Shown here in pieces: positions 38,891-47,510 of a DNA stretch of 64,000 nt. Numbering within the stretch: the stretch's first letter is position 1; every line of letters begins with the position of its first letter. The DNA lies in sequence record OR142618.1; one strand, 5' to 3'. A program made the position numbers and the translations under genes. The notes under the pieces were generated by a model. It made no database searches. It was not told the DNA's origin and saw only the letters and a program-made list of their open reading frames with translations.

Positions 38891-39151
38891 ATGGCAAAGG
38901 TTTACCAAGCAAGTGACAGCACCGGTGAGTGGCAGTGTGTTGTTATCCTCCCCGACGTTGACTCGGCTCTTCTGTACGCTACCAAGCGCTGCGCGCAAAT
39001 GGGCAAGGTGGAAGTTGTCGGTCCGTGGGCTCCTGTAATGCCACAGCATTACGCGAACATGCCGAAAGGTGACGGTGCGGAAGTGCAGTGGCGCCTCATC
39101 CCGCCGGGTTGCGGTGTAGCCTGGTACGTCACTTCGGTTAACGACAAGTAA
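38891..39151 (+). CDS. hypothetical protein, GC-rich
   Basis: GCAGGAG RBS after joint promoter. Confidence 0.8.
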   Translation: MAKVYQASDSTGEWQCVVILPDVDSALLYATKRCAQMGKVEVVGPWAPVMPQHYANMPKGDGAEVQWRLIPPGCGVAWYVTSVNDK

Positions 39152-39161
39152 GGAGACAGAC

Positions 39162-39464
39162 ATGAACCTCGTTACTCTGTGGATCAACGGGCGTGCTGTG
39201 ACTGCCCGCAAGGTTGTCAGTAAACACACTGTCCGCAATCCGAACAGTCCGATCGATATCGAGACTATCGACGTTGTTCGACTGCGTCTGCCCCGTGGTG
39301 TTCGTGCTAGCAGTTGGGCACTCCGTAAGGCAGTGTACCAACTCATGGAGCAAAGCTGTAGCTGCTCGAGAGACTGTTGTGGACACTGGTTCGGCGGCGC
39401 ACGCAAGATCTACATTAAAGGCAGAGACGTCAGTGTAGTTGCCGGGTACCAGCGCAATTACTAA
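39162..39464 (+). CDS. hypothetical protein with CSCSRDCCGHW motif, GC-rich
   Basis: AAGGAG RBS; Cys cluster. Confidence 0.8.
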   Translation: MNLVTLWINGRAVTARKVVSKHTVRNPNSPIDIETIDVVRLRLPRGVRASSWALRKAVYQLMEQSCSCSRDCCGHWFGGARKIYIKGRDVSVVAGYQRNY

Positions 39465-39719
39465 AGGAAAGGGGGCAACTGCCCCTTTCCTTTTATGTCC
39501 TAGTTGTAAATGCAAATTATTCTTATTTGCAATGATAATATCCCCGCCACGCAAATAAGAACTAATCTTAGAACAAATATTCACTTGATTTTTCTCCCAA
39601 TATAGTGTATGTGTATACCGGATAAGATTAAGTCTTGTTTGCTTGTTACATTTTATATGTTGCAATGCTAAGGCAATGATACTATTATATGTACAGTAAT
39701 ATAACCCAGGGGATATAAC

Positions 39720-40025
39720 ATGTCAGCAGAATTGAAGCGGTTGTTAGAGATTTTTCCAACCTTTAAATCATTCATTTATGCTGAAGGGGCATATGGCATT
39801 GATGTTTGGAAGGCTACGGGTAGTGTTACTTTGGAACAGGTATTCAATGCTGTTAATGCAGGTAATGCAGAATGGCAATGTAAAGGTGATCCAACATGCA
39901 GCCTGGAACAAAACAGCATGTATATTTTCATTACTATTCAGGAACCAGACTACACAGGAATGGTTGATATTGATGTTTGTGTAAAGATTACTAACGGTAA
40001 TGAAGTAAGTTATCAAATAGCATAA
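39720..40025 (+). CDS. hypothetical protein
   Basis: GGGG RBS; terminator at 40029-40059. Confidence 0.75.
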   Translation: MSAELKRLLEIFPTFKSFIYAEGAYGIDVWKATGSVTLEQVFNAVNAGNAEWQCKGDPTCSLEQNSMYIFITIQEPDYTGMVDIDVCVKITNGNEVSYQIA

Positions 40026-40244
40026 TAAAGGAAAGGGGGAATTAATCCCCTTTCCTTTTATATATAATATACTTATAAATAAGAATTAATTTTATTTAAT
40101 TAAAATTAGAATAATTCTTATTTGCACGATCCCGCACTTATAACACAAGTATATTACAAAAGCAAGAATAAAATTAACTTGACACACATATGTAGAATAT
40201 AGCACAATGTGTTTATAAATTATATTACTACAGGAGTGTTAACC

Positions 40245-40616
40245 ATGTTCAAATGCAAATTGTTTGTAGTAGATCCTGTTTATAACAACCTTTGCTACAC
40301 TCAACAAATATGGCTCGAAAGTGACATAAATGTGTGTAGTCAAATAAAGCGTATTATTTCTGACGCAGAATTGGCATGCGCAAACAGGATAGTAAATAAT
40401 CCTCATAGTCCGCTGTGCGTTAAATCGGCAGCATTAAAAATGGTTATGGACGGGCGCATTGACATCGAACTCAAAGATGTCGATAGTTACGTTGATCAAT
40501 ATAAAGACATTCTTCCTAGCACAAATATTTTGGGTGTTTTTAAACCGACGTTTTTATCTAACTGGAAAGAAGAGTGTGAACTTTATTTCCTCACTTGTGT
40601 TGAAAAAGACAATTAA
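40245..40616 (+). CDS. hypothetical protein
   Basis: AGGAG RBS before ATG 40245. Confidence 0.75.
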   Translation: MFKCKLFVVDPVYNNLCYTQQIWLESDINVCSQIKRIISDAELACANRIVNNPHSPLCVKSAALKMVMDGRIDIELKDVDSYVDQYKDILPSTNILGVFKPTFLSNWKEECELYFLTCVEKDN

Positions 40617-40627
40617 TATAATATAAT

Positions 40628-40915
40628 ATGGAATATGATTTAAAAAATATTGTTTCGAAGACTATCTTATCTAATAAAATTAAGATAGTCTCTTTACGTA
40701 CTGTAGTAAAAACTCAGTATAAAAGAGTAGACTTCCATTATAAGATAGAATGTGAAAATAGTTCTACAAAACGTAATTTGGCACTTGCCCGTATATACAA
40801 ACCATTAGAACACACATTAGGTTCAAAACTTGTTTATGTAGATGTTGTGCCTATCAAGTTTAAGAAAGATGAAATGCCATCTACTATTCTATCGGTAAGT
40901 GTAATGACTAGTTGA
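40628..40915 (+). CDS. hypothetical protein
   Basis: 95-aa ORF in operon. Confidence 0.65.
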   Translation: MEYDLKNIVSKTILSNKIKIVSLRTVVKTQYKRVDFHYKIECENSSTKRNLALARIYKPLEHTLGSKLVYVDVVPIKFKKDEMPSTILSVSVMTS

Positions 40916-41065
40916 TATTTGGATTTGATAATTGGAAATATAATAGTAATTCTTATTTGCAATTATAATAAATTCTTGTTTACTTTTAAAATAAAAGCAA
41001 ATTCTAGTTGCATAGCTAGAGGCACTGTGCTAGTATATTAAAAAATAAAGACAGGAGTGTTATTC

Positions 41066-41248
41066 ATGCAAACCAAAGCAACCGAGTTGGCAGTAGGCGA
41101 TGTTGTTTTCTACAATGGCATGAAAATGACTATCCAGAAAATTTCTAAAGGTCGGTGTGCAATAGATATTACACTAGTAAATACTTTGGCTAAACTCACA
41201 TCTTATGTGACAGTCGACTACGACGAAGAATTTGAAGAAGTATTATAA
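41066..41248 (+). CDS. small beta-barrel-like hypothetical protein
   Basis: AGGAG RBS; KATELAVGDVV motif. Confidence 0.7.
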   Translation: MQTKATELAVGDVVFYNGMKMTIQKISKGRCAIDITLVNTLAKLTSYVTVDYDEEFEEVL

Positions 41249-41265
41249 TGCAGAAATTATAGTCA

Positions 41266-41294
41266 TAAGAAAAGGGGCATTGCCCCTTTTCTTA
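41266..41294. terminator. bidirectional intrinsic terminator
   Basis: taagaaaaggggc-att-gccccttttctta between convergent genes. Confidence 0.85.
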
Positions 41295-41531
41295 TAGTCC
41301 CAACAAATGCTTGCCACTTTTGACTTGCATCATACGTACTTTCTTTTTGCGCATTTGCGTTCTTACGTTCAGGCTGTTGGGACCTTTGAAGCTATACAGT
41401 ATTTCAGTAGTCCCGTCTTCATAGTTGCGTACCACATTTGCAACAATTTGACTGCCTTCCTGGAACGCTTCGATAAACACGCAGTAATTGAAATTTTCCT
41501 TGTTAGCGTTATGTGCGCGTAGTTGCATCAT
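41292..41531 (-). CDS. hypothetical protein (only minus-strand cassette in the early region)
   Basis: Minus-strand GCAGGAG RBS and TTGCAT...TATACT promoter; ends at the bidirectional terminator. Confidence 0.7.
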   Translation of the reverse strand: MMQLRAHNANKENFNYCVFIEAFQEGSQIVANVVRNYEDGTTEILYSFKGPNSLNVRTQMRKKKVRMMQVKSGKHLLGL

Positions 41532-41884
41532 TTTCTGTTACTCCTGCGTTGTTTTGCTTTGTTATGTGTAGTATACGCTATGTGTGTACTAATGCAAGAA
41601 TTTTCTTCCATTTTCTTTCAAATAAAATGTTATTAGCATCTATTCTGTTATAACATTTTCTATGACTTCGTGTTTTGCAAATAAGAATTATTCGCATTTG
41701 CATTCCTACCTATCTGCCTAAATTTTAGGCAGCCTGGGTGATTGTCTCCCCCGCCCTATTACTGGTCTCTGTATAAAGATAATAGCATATTTGCATCTGC
41801 ATGCAAGCATTTTTTGTAGAATTTTCCTCTTGACATTCCTTGCTGTAGGCTACATTATGCACACACAAAGCAGGAGATACCATT

Positions 41885-42265
41885 ATGGCACTCATAGCAT
41901 TAGTCGCAACTGCATATGACAAAGAAGGCGATAAGTTCGACTATGTTCGATATCTTAAAGCTCATATCAATTTTGTGTCTGCTCAAGATCAACTGAAAGA
42001 ATGGATCAAAAACAAAATTGATGCAAGTATAGCAGAAGTTAAAATCGGATTACGTGCAGAAATCGAAGTATTGGCCTATTTGGGAAACTATATAAGCCAT
42101 AGTCAACGGATTATTAGTCCCGCCGGGATCATCATGTACATTGTTCTTGATGAGAAGTATGTTAACGAACTTCACGGTCAAATTTCTAATGCAATTGATT
42201 GTGAAGAAAAGAAACATGTAATAAAGAAAGAAGAAAACGTCACTTATATTGATTTTAAAAAATAA
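41885..42265 (+). CDS. hypothetical protein
   Basis: TTGACA promoter at 41830; GCAGGAG RBS. Confidence 0.8.
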   Translation: MALIALVATAYDKEGDKFDYVRYLKAHINFVSAQDQLKEWIKNKIDASIAEVKIGLRAEIEVLAYLGNYISHSQRIISPAGIIMYIVLDEKYVNELHGQISNAIDCEEKKHVIKKEENVTYIDFKK

Positions 42266-42298
42266 CTTGCGTTAGCTGTAATGTATATGTATTATGTA

Positions 42299-42458
42299 CT
42301 CAAGTTTGCAGCAAGACGTATTAATTTGTTTTGCTGTTAGTTGTAACTCCTGCTACCAAGTATGTGTTGAGCTAATGCTCCTGACTTGGTTCTTGGTACA
42401 CTGGTTTGGGTGTACCGTTCTTGAGCTGCAAAGGGCTTGCCCGGAGCAGCTTTTTTTT
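42299..42458 (+). ncRNA. putative ~160-nt small RNA with two CUCCU motifs (ncRNA-5)
   Basis: TTGCGT-17-TATTAT upstream; stems ctcaag/cttgag, ccaagt/acttgg and ggtacac/gtgtacc; terminator gctgc...gcagc followed by T8. Confidence 0.55.
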
Positions 42459-42538
42459 GACCAATATTATTCATTTGACAAAAAATAATAATTAAAAATA
42501 TAATAGCTTAGTGTATAACTTCCCGTATTAGGCTAATT

Positions 42539-42910
42539 ATGAAATTTGTTATTGCTGCTATTGCATTGTCTTTGTCCACACTAGTTTCTGCAGAATCTAT
42601 TTCTGAAGTTAAGATAACTAAAGAAACATGTCTTACACTTCTAGAATTATCTAAGATTCATGTTGATATGGTAGTAAATGAACACATGAATGCAATACAA
42701 ATTGCATCTCAAATGGATATTGTATCTAATTCATATAAGAATAATAATAGTAAATGGCTTGCATTCTTGCAAGCTCAAGCAAATATTTCAAAATTAATTG
42801 ATAATGTATATGAGTTTTCATCTACTGAAGAAAGAAAGATTATTCCTCTAGCCATATTTAACGGTTGTATGGAAAGAGTTGGTAATACTTTAGAAATATA
42901 TAAGAAATAA
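42539..42910 (+). CDS. secreted/periplasmic hypothetical protein
   Basis: Signal peptide MKFVIAAIALSLSTLVSA; TTGACA-18-TATAAT upstream. Confidence 0.8.
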   Translation: MKFVIAAIALSLSTLVSAESISEVKITKETCLTLLELSKIHVDMVVNEHMNAIQIASQMDIVSNSYKNNNSKWLAFLQAQANISKLIDNVYEFSSTEERKIIPLAIFNGCMERVGNTLEIYKK

Positions 42911-42911
42911 T

Positions 42912-43220
42912 ATGTATAATGTATATGTAGTCCACGGAATAGTCAACACAGGCGTTGAGACTAATATTTGTGATATAGAACGTTACATTACAAGTAACGA
43001 CTTCCATGCTGTAGCAAAGTTTCTTAATTTTAAAGAACATATGGTACCAAACACACGATTAATTGTTTCTGGATTAAATACTAAAAAGAACATATTAGAA
43101 TTAGAATTAAATTTATCGAAAAAAGAATATGTAGTATCAGGTTTTAGAGTTACATCACCTGATATAAATGAATGTATTGAATATTACCTGTGTAGAAGGA
43201 TATTTAAGTTACATGATTGA
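42912..43220 (+). CDS. hypothetical protein
   Basis: 102-aa ORF in operon. Confidence 0.6.
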   Translation: MYNVYVVHGIVNTGVETNICDIERYITSNDFHAVAKFLNFKEHMVPNTRLIVSGLNTKKNILELELNLSKKEYVVSGFRVTSPDINECIEYYLCRRIFKLHD

Positions 43221-43552
43221 ATTTATATTAAAATCCCTTTTATTAACTTCAGTTGTCAGTGTTGGCATACTACTGATATTCATTATTATTTCATTATTAA
43301 TGTTGGGCTTAGGACCGATAGTTCCATTCCTTATTTAATTTTAATTATTTGCAAGCAAATGCAAATGCGAATAATTCTTATTATCCAGCAGGCTACTGTA
43401 CCTAATCTTCGTTAGATAAAATCTATTAGAATCTACAAAGTCCATTAAAACGTTCAATTGTACATGGTGGCCAGATCTGCATATACTACACACATGAAGC
43501 AAGCAAACAGCGCTTCATAAACAAACCCAAATACAGCTAGGAGTTCCAAATC

Positions 43553-43990
43553 ATGACCAAAGCAACCGTTACCGTCGAGCAATCCGCAATCAAACTGGTC
43601 CGCCGCAACCTGGAAGGGCACCGGCAGGCCCTGCTGCTGAACGGCGTCGAAGTAGGCAGCAGCGAAGCGTTCTACAAGACCAAAACCCAGCGCACCTGGT
43701 CGGCGAAGATCGACGCCAACATCAACGGCAAGGACATCGTCCTCGAACAGAAAGGCGTGTTCAGTGCGATCCGGATCGCCCGGGCGATGGAACAAGCAAT
43801 CCTGTTCATCCTGACCGACGGCAAAGAAGGCGCCGAGATGCCGGCCAGCACGCTGAGCAAGGAAGAGCAAGCCCACAACCTGGTCAAGGCAGTAGTTCAG
43901 GTTGCCGGCCACGCAGTCCAGTCCGGCGACGCTGCCCCGGCGAAGAAAGGCAGCTCGAAGAAGCGCAAAGAAGCCCAGCCGGAAGCATAA
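43553..43990 (+). CDS. paralog C of three-member family; basic tail
   Basis: NGVEVGS...KTKTQRTWSA...EQKGVFSAIRIARA; AGGAG RBS; terminator at 44004-44029. Confidence 0.9.
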   Translation: MTKATVTVEQSAIKLVRRNLEGHRQALLLNGVEVGSSEAFYKTKTQRTWSAKIDANINGKDIVLEQKGVFSAIRIARAMEQAILFILTDGKEGAEMPASTLSKEEQAHNLVKAVVQVAGHAVQSGDAAPAKKGSSKKRKEAQPEA

Positions 43991-44146
43991 TCCGGACTAC
44001 ACCGAGAAAGCACCGAAAGGTGCTTTCTCTATGACTGTTAATAACAAATATTCTTATTTGCATCTATTCTGATATAATAATAACTCTTATTTACAAATCA
44101 TACTGAATACTGTATTTTACACATTAAACATTGTAGGTAATATAAA

Positions 44147-44635
44147 TTGAATATATTTGTGACTGACACAAATCCTTATGTATGTGCCAAACATCATTGT
44201 GATGTTCATCTAAGAAAGATGATAGTAGAAACAGCACAATTGTTAAGCACTACTCATTATATAATAAACGGATATACTCCTGCATATAAACCTACTCATA
44301 AAAATCATCCATGTGCCGTTTGGATTAGAGAAAGTTCAAAAAACTATGAATGGACTTATGAACTTCTTACAAGTCTTATAAATGAATTTGAATATAGATT
44401 TGACAAACAACATGCAACTAAAATTCACCTTTCGTCATTAAAAACTATACCAAAACTCCCTAATATAGAAAGAACAGAGTTTGTCTTAGTTATGCCAGAC
44501 GAATTTAAAACAGGTAATGTAACACATTCATATCAGTTATATTTAAATGACAAATTTAAAGAATGGGCATCGAGATCTAACAGACCCATTTATGCTACAT
44601 ATACAAAGACACCTAAACCATATTTTATTAGTTGA
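44147..44635 (+). CDS. pyrimidine-dimer DNA glycosylase / endonuclease V family
   Basis: MNIFVTDTNP...HCDVHLRKMIVETAQLLST...YKPTHKNHPCAVWIRES...NYEW...F..VMPDEFK. Confidence 0.8.
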   Translation: MNIFVTDTNPYVCAKHHCDVHLRKMIVETAQLLSTTHYIINGYTPAYKPTHKNHPCAVWIRESSKNYEWTYELLTSLINEFEYRFDKQHATKIHLSSLKTIPKLPNIERTEFVLVMPDEFKTGNVTHSYQLYLNDKFKEWASRSNRPIYATYTKTPKPYFIS

Positions 44636-44707
44636 AATATAATAAAAATGATTGACATGTACATAAGATCATATTATGCTGTATAAAACAGCAAGGAGTA
44701 GATATAC

Positions 44708-44941
44708 ATGTACCGCAAACTGAATACAAATCCACGCCCAATGCCAAAAACAAAGGCAATTCCAACTAAATTTGTCATTCAGTACACTGCACGGAATAAA
44801 GCAACAGAAAGTTTGTTCAAAAAAAGAACTATTACATTACATGCGTTTGGGCGTCTCGATGCACAAACACTCCTATCGAAACATATCCGAAAAAATAATT
44901 TGGAATTAGGTGTAATTATTGATTTCGGTGAAACAGTTTAG
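44708..44941 (+). CDS. basic hypothetical protein
   Basis: TTGACA-17-TATGCT promoter at 44652; AAGGAG RBS; terminator at 44952-44979. Confidence 0.8.
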   Translation: MYRKLNTNPRPMPKTKAIPTKFVIQYTARNKATESLFKKRTITLHAFGRLDAQTLLSKHIRKNNLELGVIIDFGETV

Positions 44942-45160
44942 TTAGTGACACAGGAAAGGGGGCAGTTGCCCCCTTTCCCATTATTAAGTCAAATGCAAAT
45001 GCAAATACAAATTATTCTTATTTGCACAGATCAGACCATCCATTCCAATAACATTACTAACTTGGATGAAATGGCTTACTACAATGAACTTTGAATACTA
45101 AAAAGTACCTAAGAAGTAATTCCAGTTGTATCTAAAACACTATGTGTTATTATACATATA

Positions 45161-45532
45161 GTGTTTTTATTTCTTATAACTATATTCAATAATAATGGTA
45201 AAACATATATGATTGAAGTAATTAAATGCATTATATGTAATGAATCACCCCGTCCTGGTGCATTTGCAGCATTTATTACTCAAATGCGTCAAGTAGTAAA
45301 ACCTCATGCAACTATAACTAGTTGGAATATTCTGCCCGGCATTAATGATGATCCAACTAGTTATATTCATGCATTCAGTATAAAATCAAAAACAGCATAC
45401 AATATTAATCAAGCAGTTACCTTATTACTAATGTCATTATATAATGCTAGTGAATATAAGACTAGCTACATACCTACTTCGTTTAAAGACTATGAATCTA
45501 CAATAAAACATTTATCTAAGATCAAACAATAA
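45161..45532 (+). CDS. hypothetical protein
   Basis: 123-aa ORF; start probably at the internal MIEVIKC. Confidence 0.55.
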   Translation: MFLFLITIFNNNGKTYMIEVIKCIICNESPRPGAFAAFITQMRQVVKPHATITSWNILPGINDDPTSYIHAFSIKSKTAYNINQAVTLLLMSLYNASEYKTSYIPTSFKDYESTIKHLSKIKQ

Positions 45533-45536
45533 CCAG

Positions 45537-45752
45537 TTGCATATTTACAAATATACATGTATGCTAAAACATATACACAATCATGAGTACATTATCATGA
45601 CAAAAGAAATTGCTTTTACTGAAGGATTAAAAGCAGGCACTCAAATAAAAGAAGGCAAAGCTATCCTAACTGACTTCTTTCGATATTTCAATTCCTTACC
45701 AACTAATATGAGAACTTCTTTTATCATCGGTATCAAAACCGGTAGAAACTAA
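45537..45752 (+). CDS. hypothetical protein
   Basis: Likely start at the internal MTKEIAF. Confidence 0.5.
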   Translation: MHIYKYTCMLKHIHNHEYIIMTKEIAFTEGLKAGTQIKEGKAILTDFFRYFNSLPTNMRTSFIIGIKTGRN

Positions 45753-45839
45753 TAAGCATATTAATTTTCATATTTTGGTAGACAAGGGTACTCACTGGAT
45801 GCATACTGTACACATACAGAACATACGGAGTACAAAGGG

Positions 45840-46109
45840 ATGGATGCGCGTAGCCTGCTTCGCCTGATAGAAGACCTCCCTATAGCTGTCTTCGGCAGCA
45901 CAATGGATATTGTTCATCGAGTCAATTTTGAAGCTCTGGACAATGCCGCCCACACCGACGGGGTAAAAGTCCACGAAGACGGAACCAACCGTTATACGGA
46001 CGCTTTTGTTGATTGTTGGCTCCGCAGCGTCGAAACAATTTTGGCCTGTTGCGATTTTGTGACCGAGGATGCCGCTAAGTGGTATATCGAGCACGGTGTC
46101 AAGTTTTGA
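45840..46109 (+). CDS. hypothetical protein, GC-rich
   Basis: GGAG/AAGGG RBS. Confidence 0.7.
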   Translation: MDARSLLRLIEDLPIAVFGSTMDIVHRVNFEALDNAAHTDGVKVHEDGTNRYTDAFVDCWLRSVETILACCDFVTEDAAKWYIEHGVKF

Positions 46110-46207
46110 CATCCTCCGCCTCGCCTGCAGATAAAAAGGTTGACGTAGACTAGCAATGGACACATAATAATTACAACGCAACGCAACTAGCCCTGGAGGG
46201 CAAAACT

Positions 46208-46357
46208 ATGTGTAACATTCAATGCATGAACAGCAAAGCCGGCGAGTCCTACGCATGGGTTTGGAGCGATAGCGATAGCGATATCTGCTACGAAGTTATC
46301 TTCCGGCATGGCCAAGTCCTCACCCAGGTTTGGCTCGGATATGATATTGTAGCCTAA
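46208..46357 (+). CDS. 49-aa acidic micro-protein
   Basis: TTGACG-17-CATAAT promoter at 46140; GGAGG RBS; terminator at 46366-46390. Confidence 0.7.
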   Translation: MCNIQCMNSKAGESYAWVWSDSDSDICYEVIFRHGQVLTQVWLGYDIVA

Positions 46358-46406
46358 CACCAACTAAAGCCCCGTCCCAGGCGGGGCTTTACCGAAGGAA
46401 AAGATC

Positions 46407-46616
46407 ATGATCGAACAACTGAAAGACATGCTCGTAGCGCAACGCATGCGCATGAACCAACTCGAAAAACTGCGCTACACCGGACGCGTCGCTAGCGAGT
46501 TGCATGCCCACGCCAGGGAATTGTGTGAAGCATTGGAACTGGCAATTGCAAATGCCCAGTGCCTGGAAATGCGCAAGTGCGAAGAGGGCACCCTGCACGC
46601 CCTCTTCGCACAATAA
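46407..46616 (+). CDS. hypothetical protein, GC-rich
   Basis: AAGGA RBS; helical. Confidence 0.7.
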   Translation: MIEQLKDMLVAQRMRMNQLEKLRYTGRVASELHAHARELCEALELAIANAQCLEMRKCEEGTLHALFAQ

Positions 46617-46649
46617 CCCACCGCGCACAACCCGACAAGGAAACTAACC

Positions 46650-47141
46650 ATGAGCACTACCATCCCCGATTCGATTCATCCGAGTGATCTTCCTGAAATC
46701 GGGCTGCCATTAGCCGACGGAACCTTCTTTGCCCGCCAATGGCTCAATGGCAAGGAATACGCCTACGTCGATCTCGGCAAAAGCGCCGAGTTCACTGGAG
46801 AATGGGGCAAGTATGGCCATGACGTGGTCGGCGCCGGCAGCTACCGAGACGGAGCTTCGAACACGGTCGCTATGGCAGAAGCTGGCAGTCCGATTGCCAA
46901 GCAAGCCATGGAGATCGGAGAAGGCGTATTTATTCCCTCTGTTCTGGAACTGGCTCTTCTGTTCTCCGCCAAGCAAGCAGGCGAGTTGTCTGGTTTCGCA
47001 GATCGCTGGTATTGGTCGAGTTCGCAGGACTCCGCTAACGCCGCCTTCAACATGGACTTCGGCGACGGCTACACAAGCGGACACGTCAAGTACGTCGACT
47101 TCCGTGTCCGCCCCGTCCGCAAGATTCTCATCCTTCAGTAA
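46650..47141 (+). CDS. DUF1566 / Lcl C-terminal (C-type lectin fold) protein
   Basis: IPSVLELALL ... WYWSSSQDSANAAFNMDFGDG ... FRVRPVR. Confidence 0.75.
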   Translation: MSTTIPDSIHPSDLPEIGLPLADGTFFARQWLNGKEYAYVDLGKSAEFTGEWGKYGHDVVGAGSYRDGASNTVAMAEAGSPIAKQAMEIGEGVFIPSVLELALLFSAKQAGELSGFADRWYWSSSQDSANAAFNMDFGDGYTSGHVKYVDFRVRPVRKILILQ

Positions 47142-47279
47142 TATAGCCCCGGCGAGCAAACATTGCTCGGAAGGTGCTAGCTGAACGACTGACGGAACAA
47201 TAAATAACGGTTGACGTGCGTCTAGCGGCGGATGCATAATAGCTACAAGACAACACAGCAAGCCCCGGAGGGCGCAACC

Positions 47280-47480
47280 ATGTCCCAGATCGTAGATGTC
47301 AAGCAAATTGCAATTGATGCAAACCGTCGCCCGGCCTACAATGCGGTCATGGTGCGCTGGTTGATGCAGGAAGCTGAACTTCACCGTAGCTGCGGTCGCA
47401 CCGCTACCCTGTTCTGCATCGTTCGCAACCGCCCCGACGGCACCCAGCGCCAGCTTGTGCAGCTTGTGGCTAGCGAGTAA
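47280..47480 (+). CDS. hypothetical protein, GC-rich
   Basis: TTGACG-18-CATAAT promoter at 47211; GGAGG RBS. Confidence 0.75.
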   Translation: MSQIVDVKQIAIDANRRPAYNAVMVRWLMQEAELHRSCGRTATLFCIVRNRPDGTQRQLVQLVASE

Positions 47481-47510
47481 CCTCTACAACCCTACGCCCA
47501 GGAGGCCGTC

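Larger units (their letters stand above)
37861..39531 (+). repeat. three near-identical terminator + motif + promoter cassette joints
   Basis: 37861-37973 vs 38738-38850: 6 differences in 113 nt; partial third copy at about 39467-39531. Confidence 0.9.
18222..45025. repeat. dispersed intergenic element GCAAATAAG-N(6-7)-CTTATTTGC(ATTTGC)
   Basis: Exact 9-mer half-sites at 18222, 18238, 18269, 18331, 24489, 28648, 31957, 36932, 36984, 37915, 38792, 39522, 39551, 40117, 40952, 41677, 44053 and 45017, plus degenerate copies; all intergenic. Confidence 0.9.

Noticed and set aside
46650-47141. Complete diversity-generating retroelement
   Set aside because: No reverse transcriptase, avd or template repeat is visible in the window; only the target-type fold is present.
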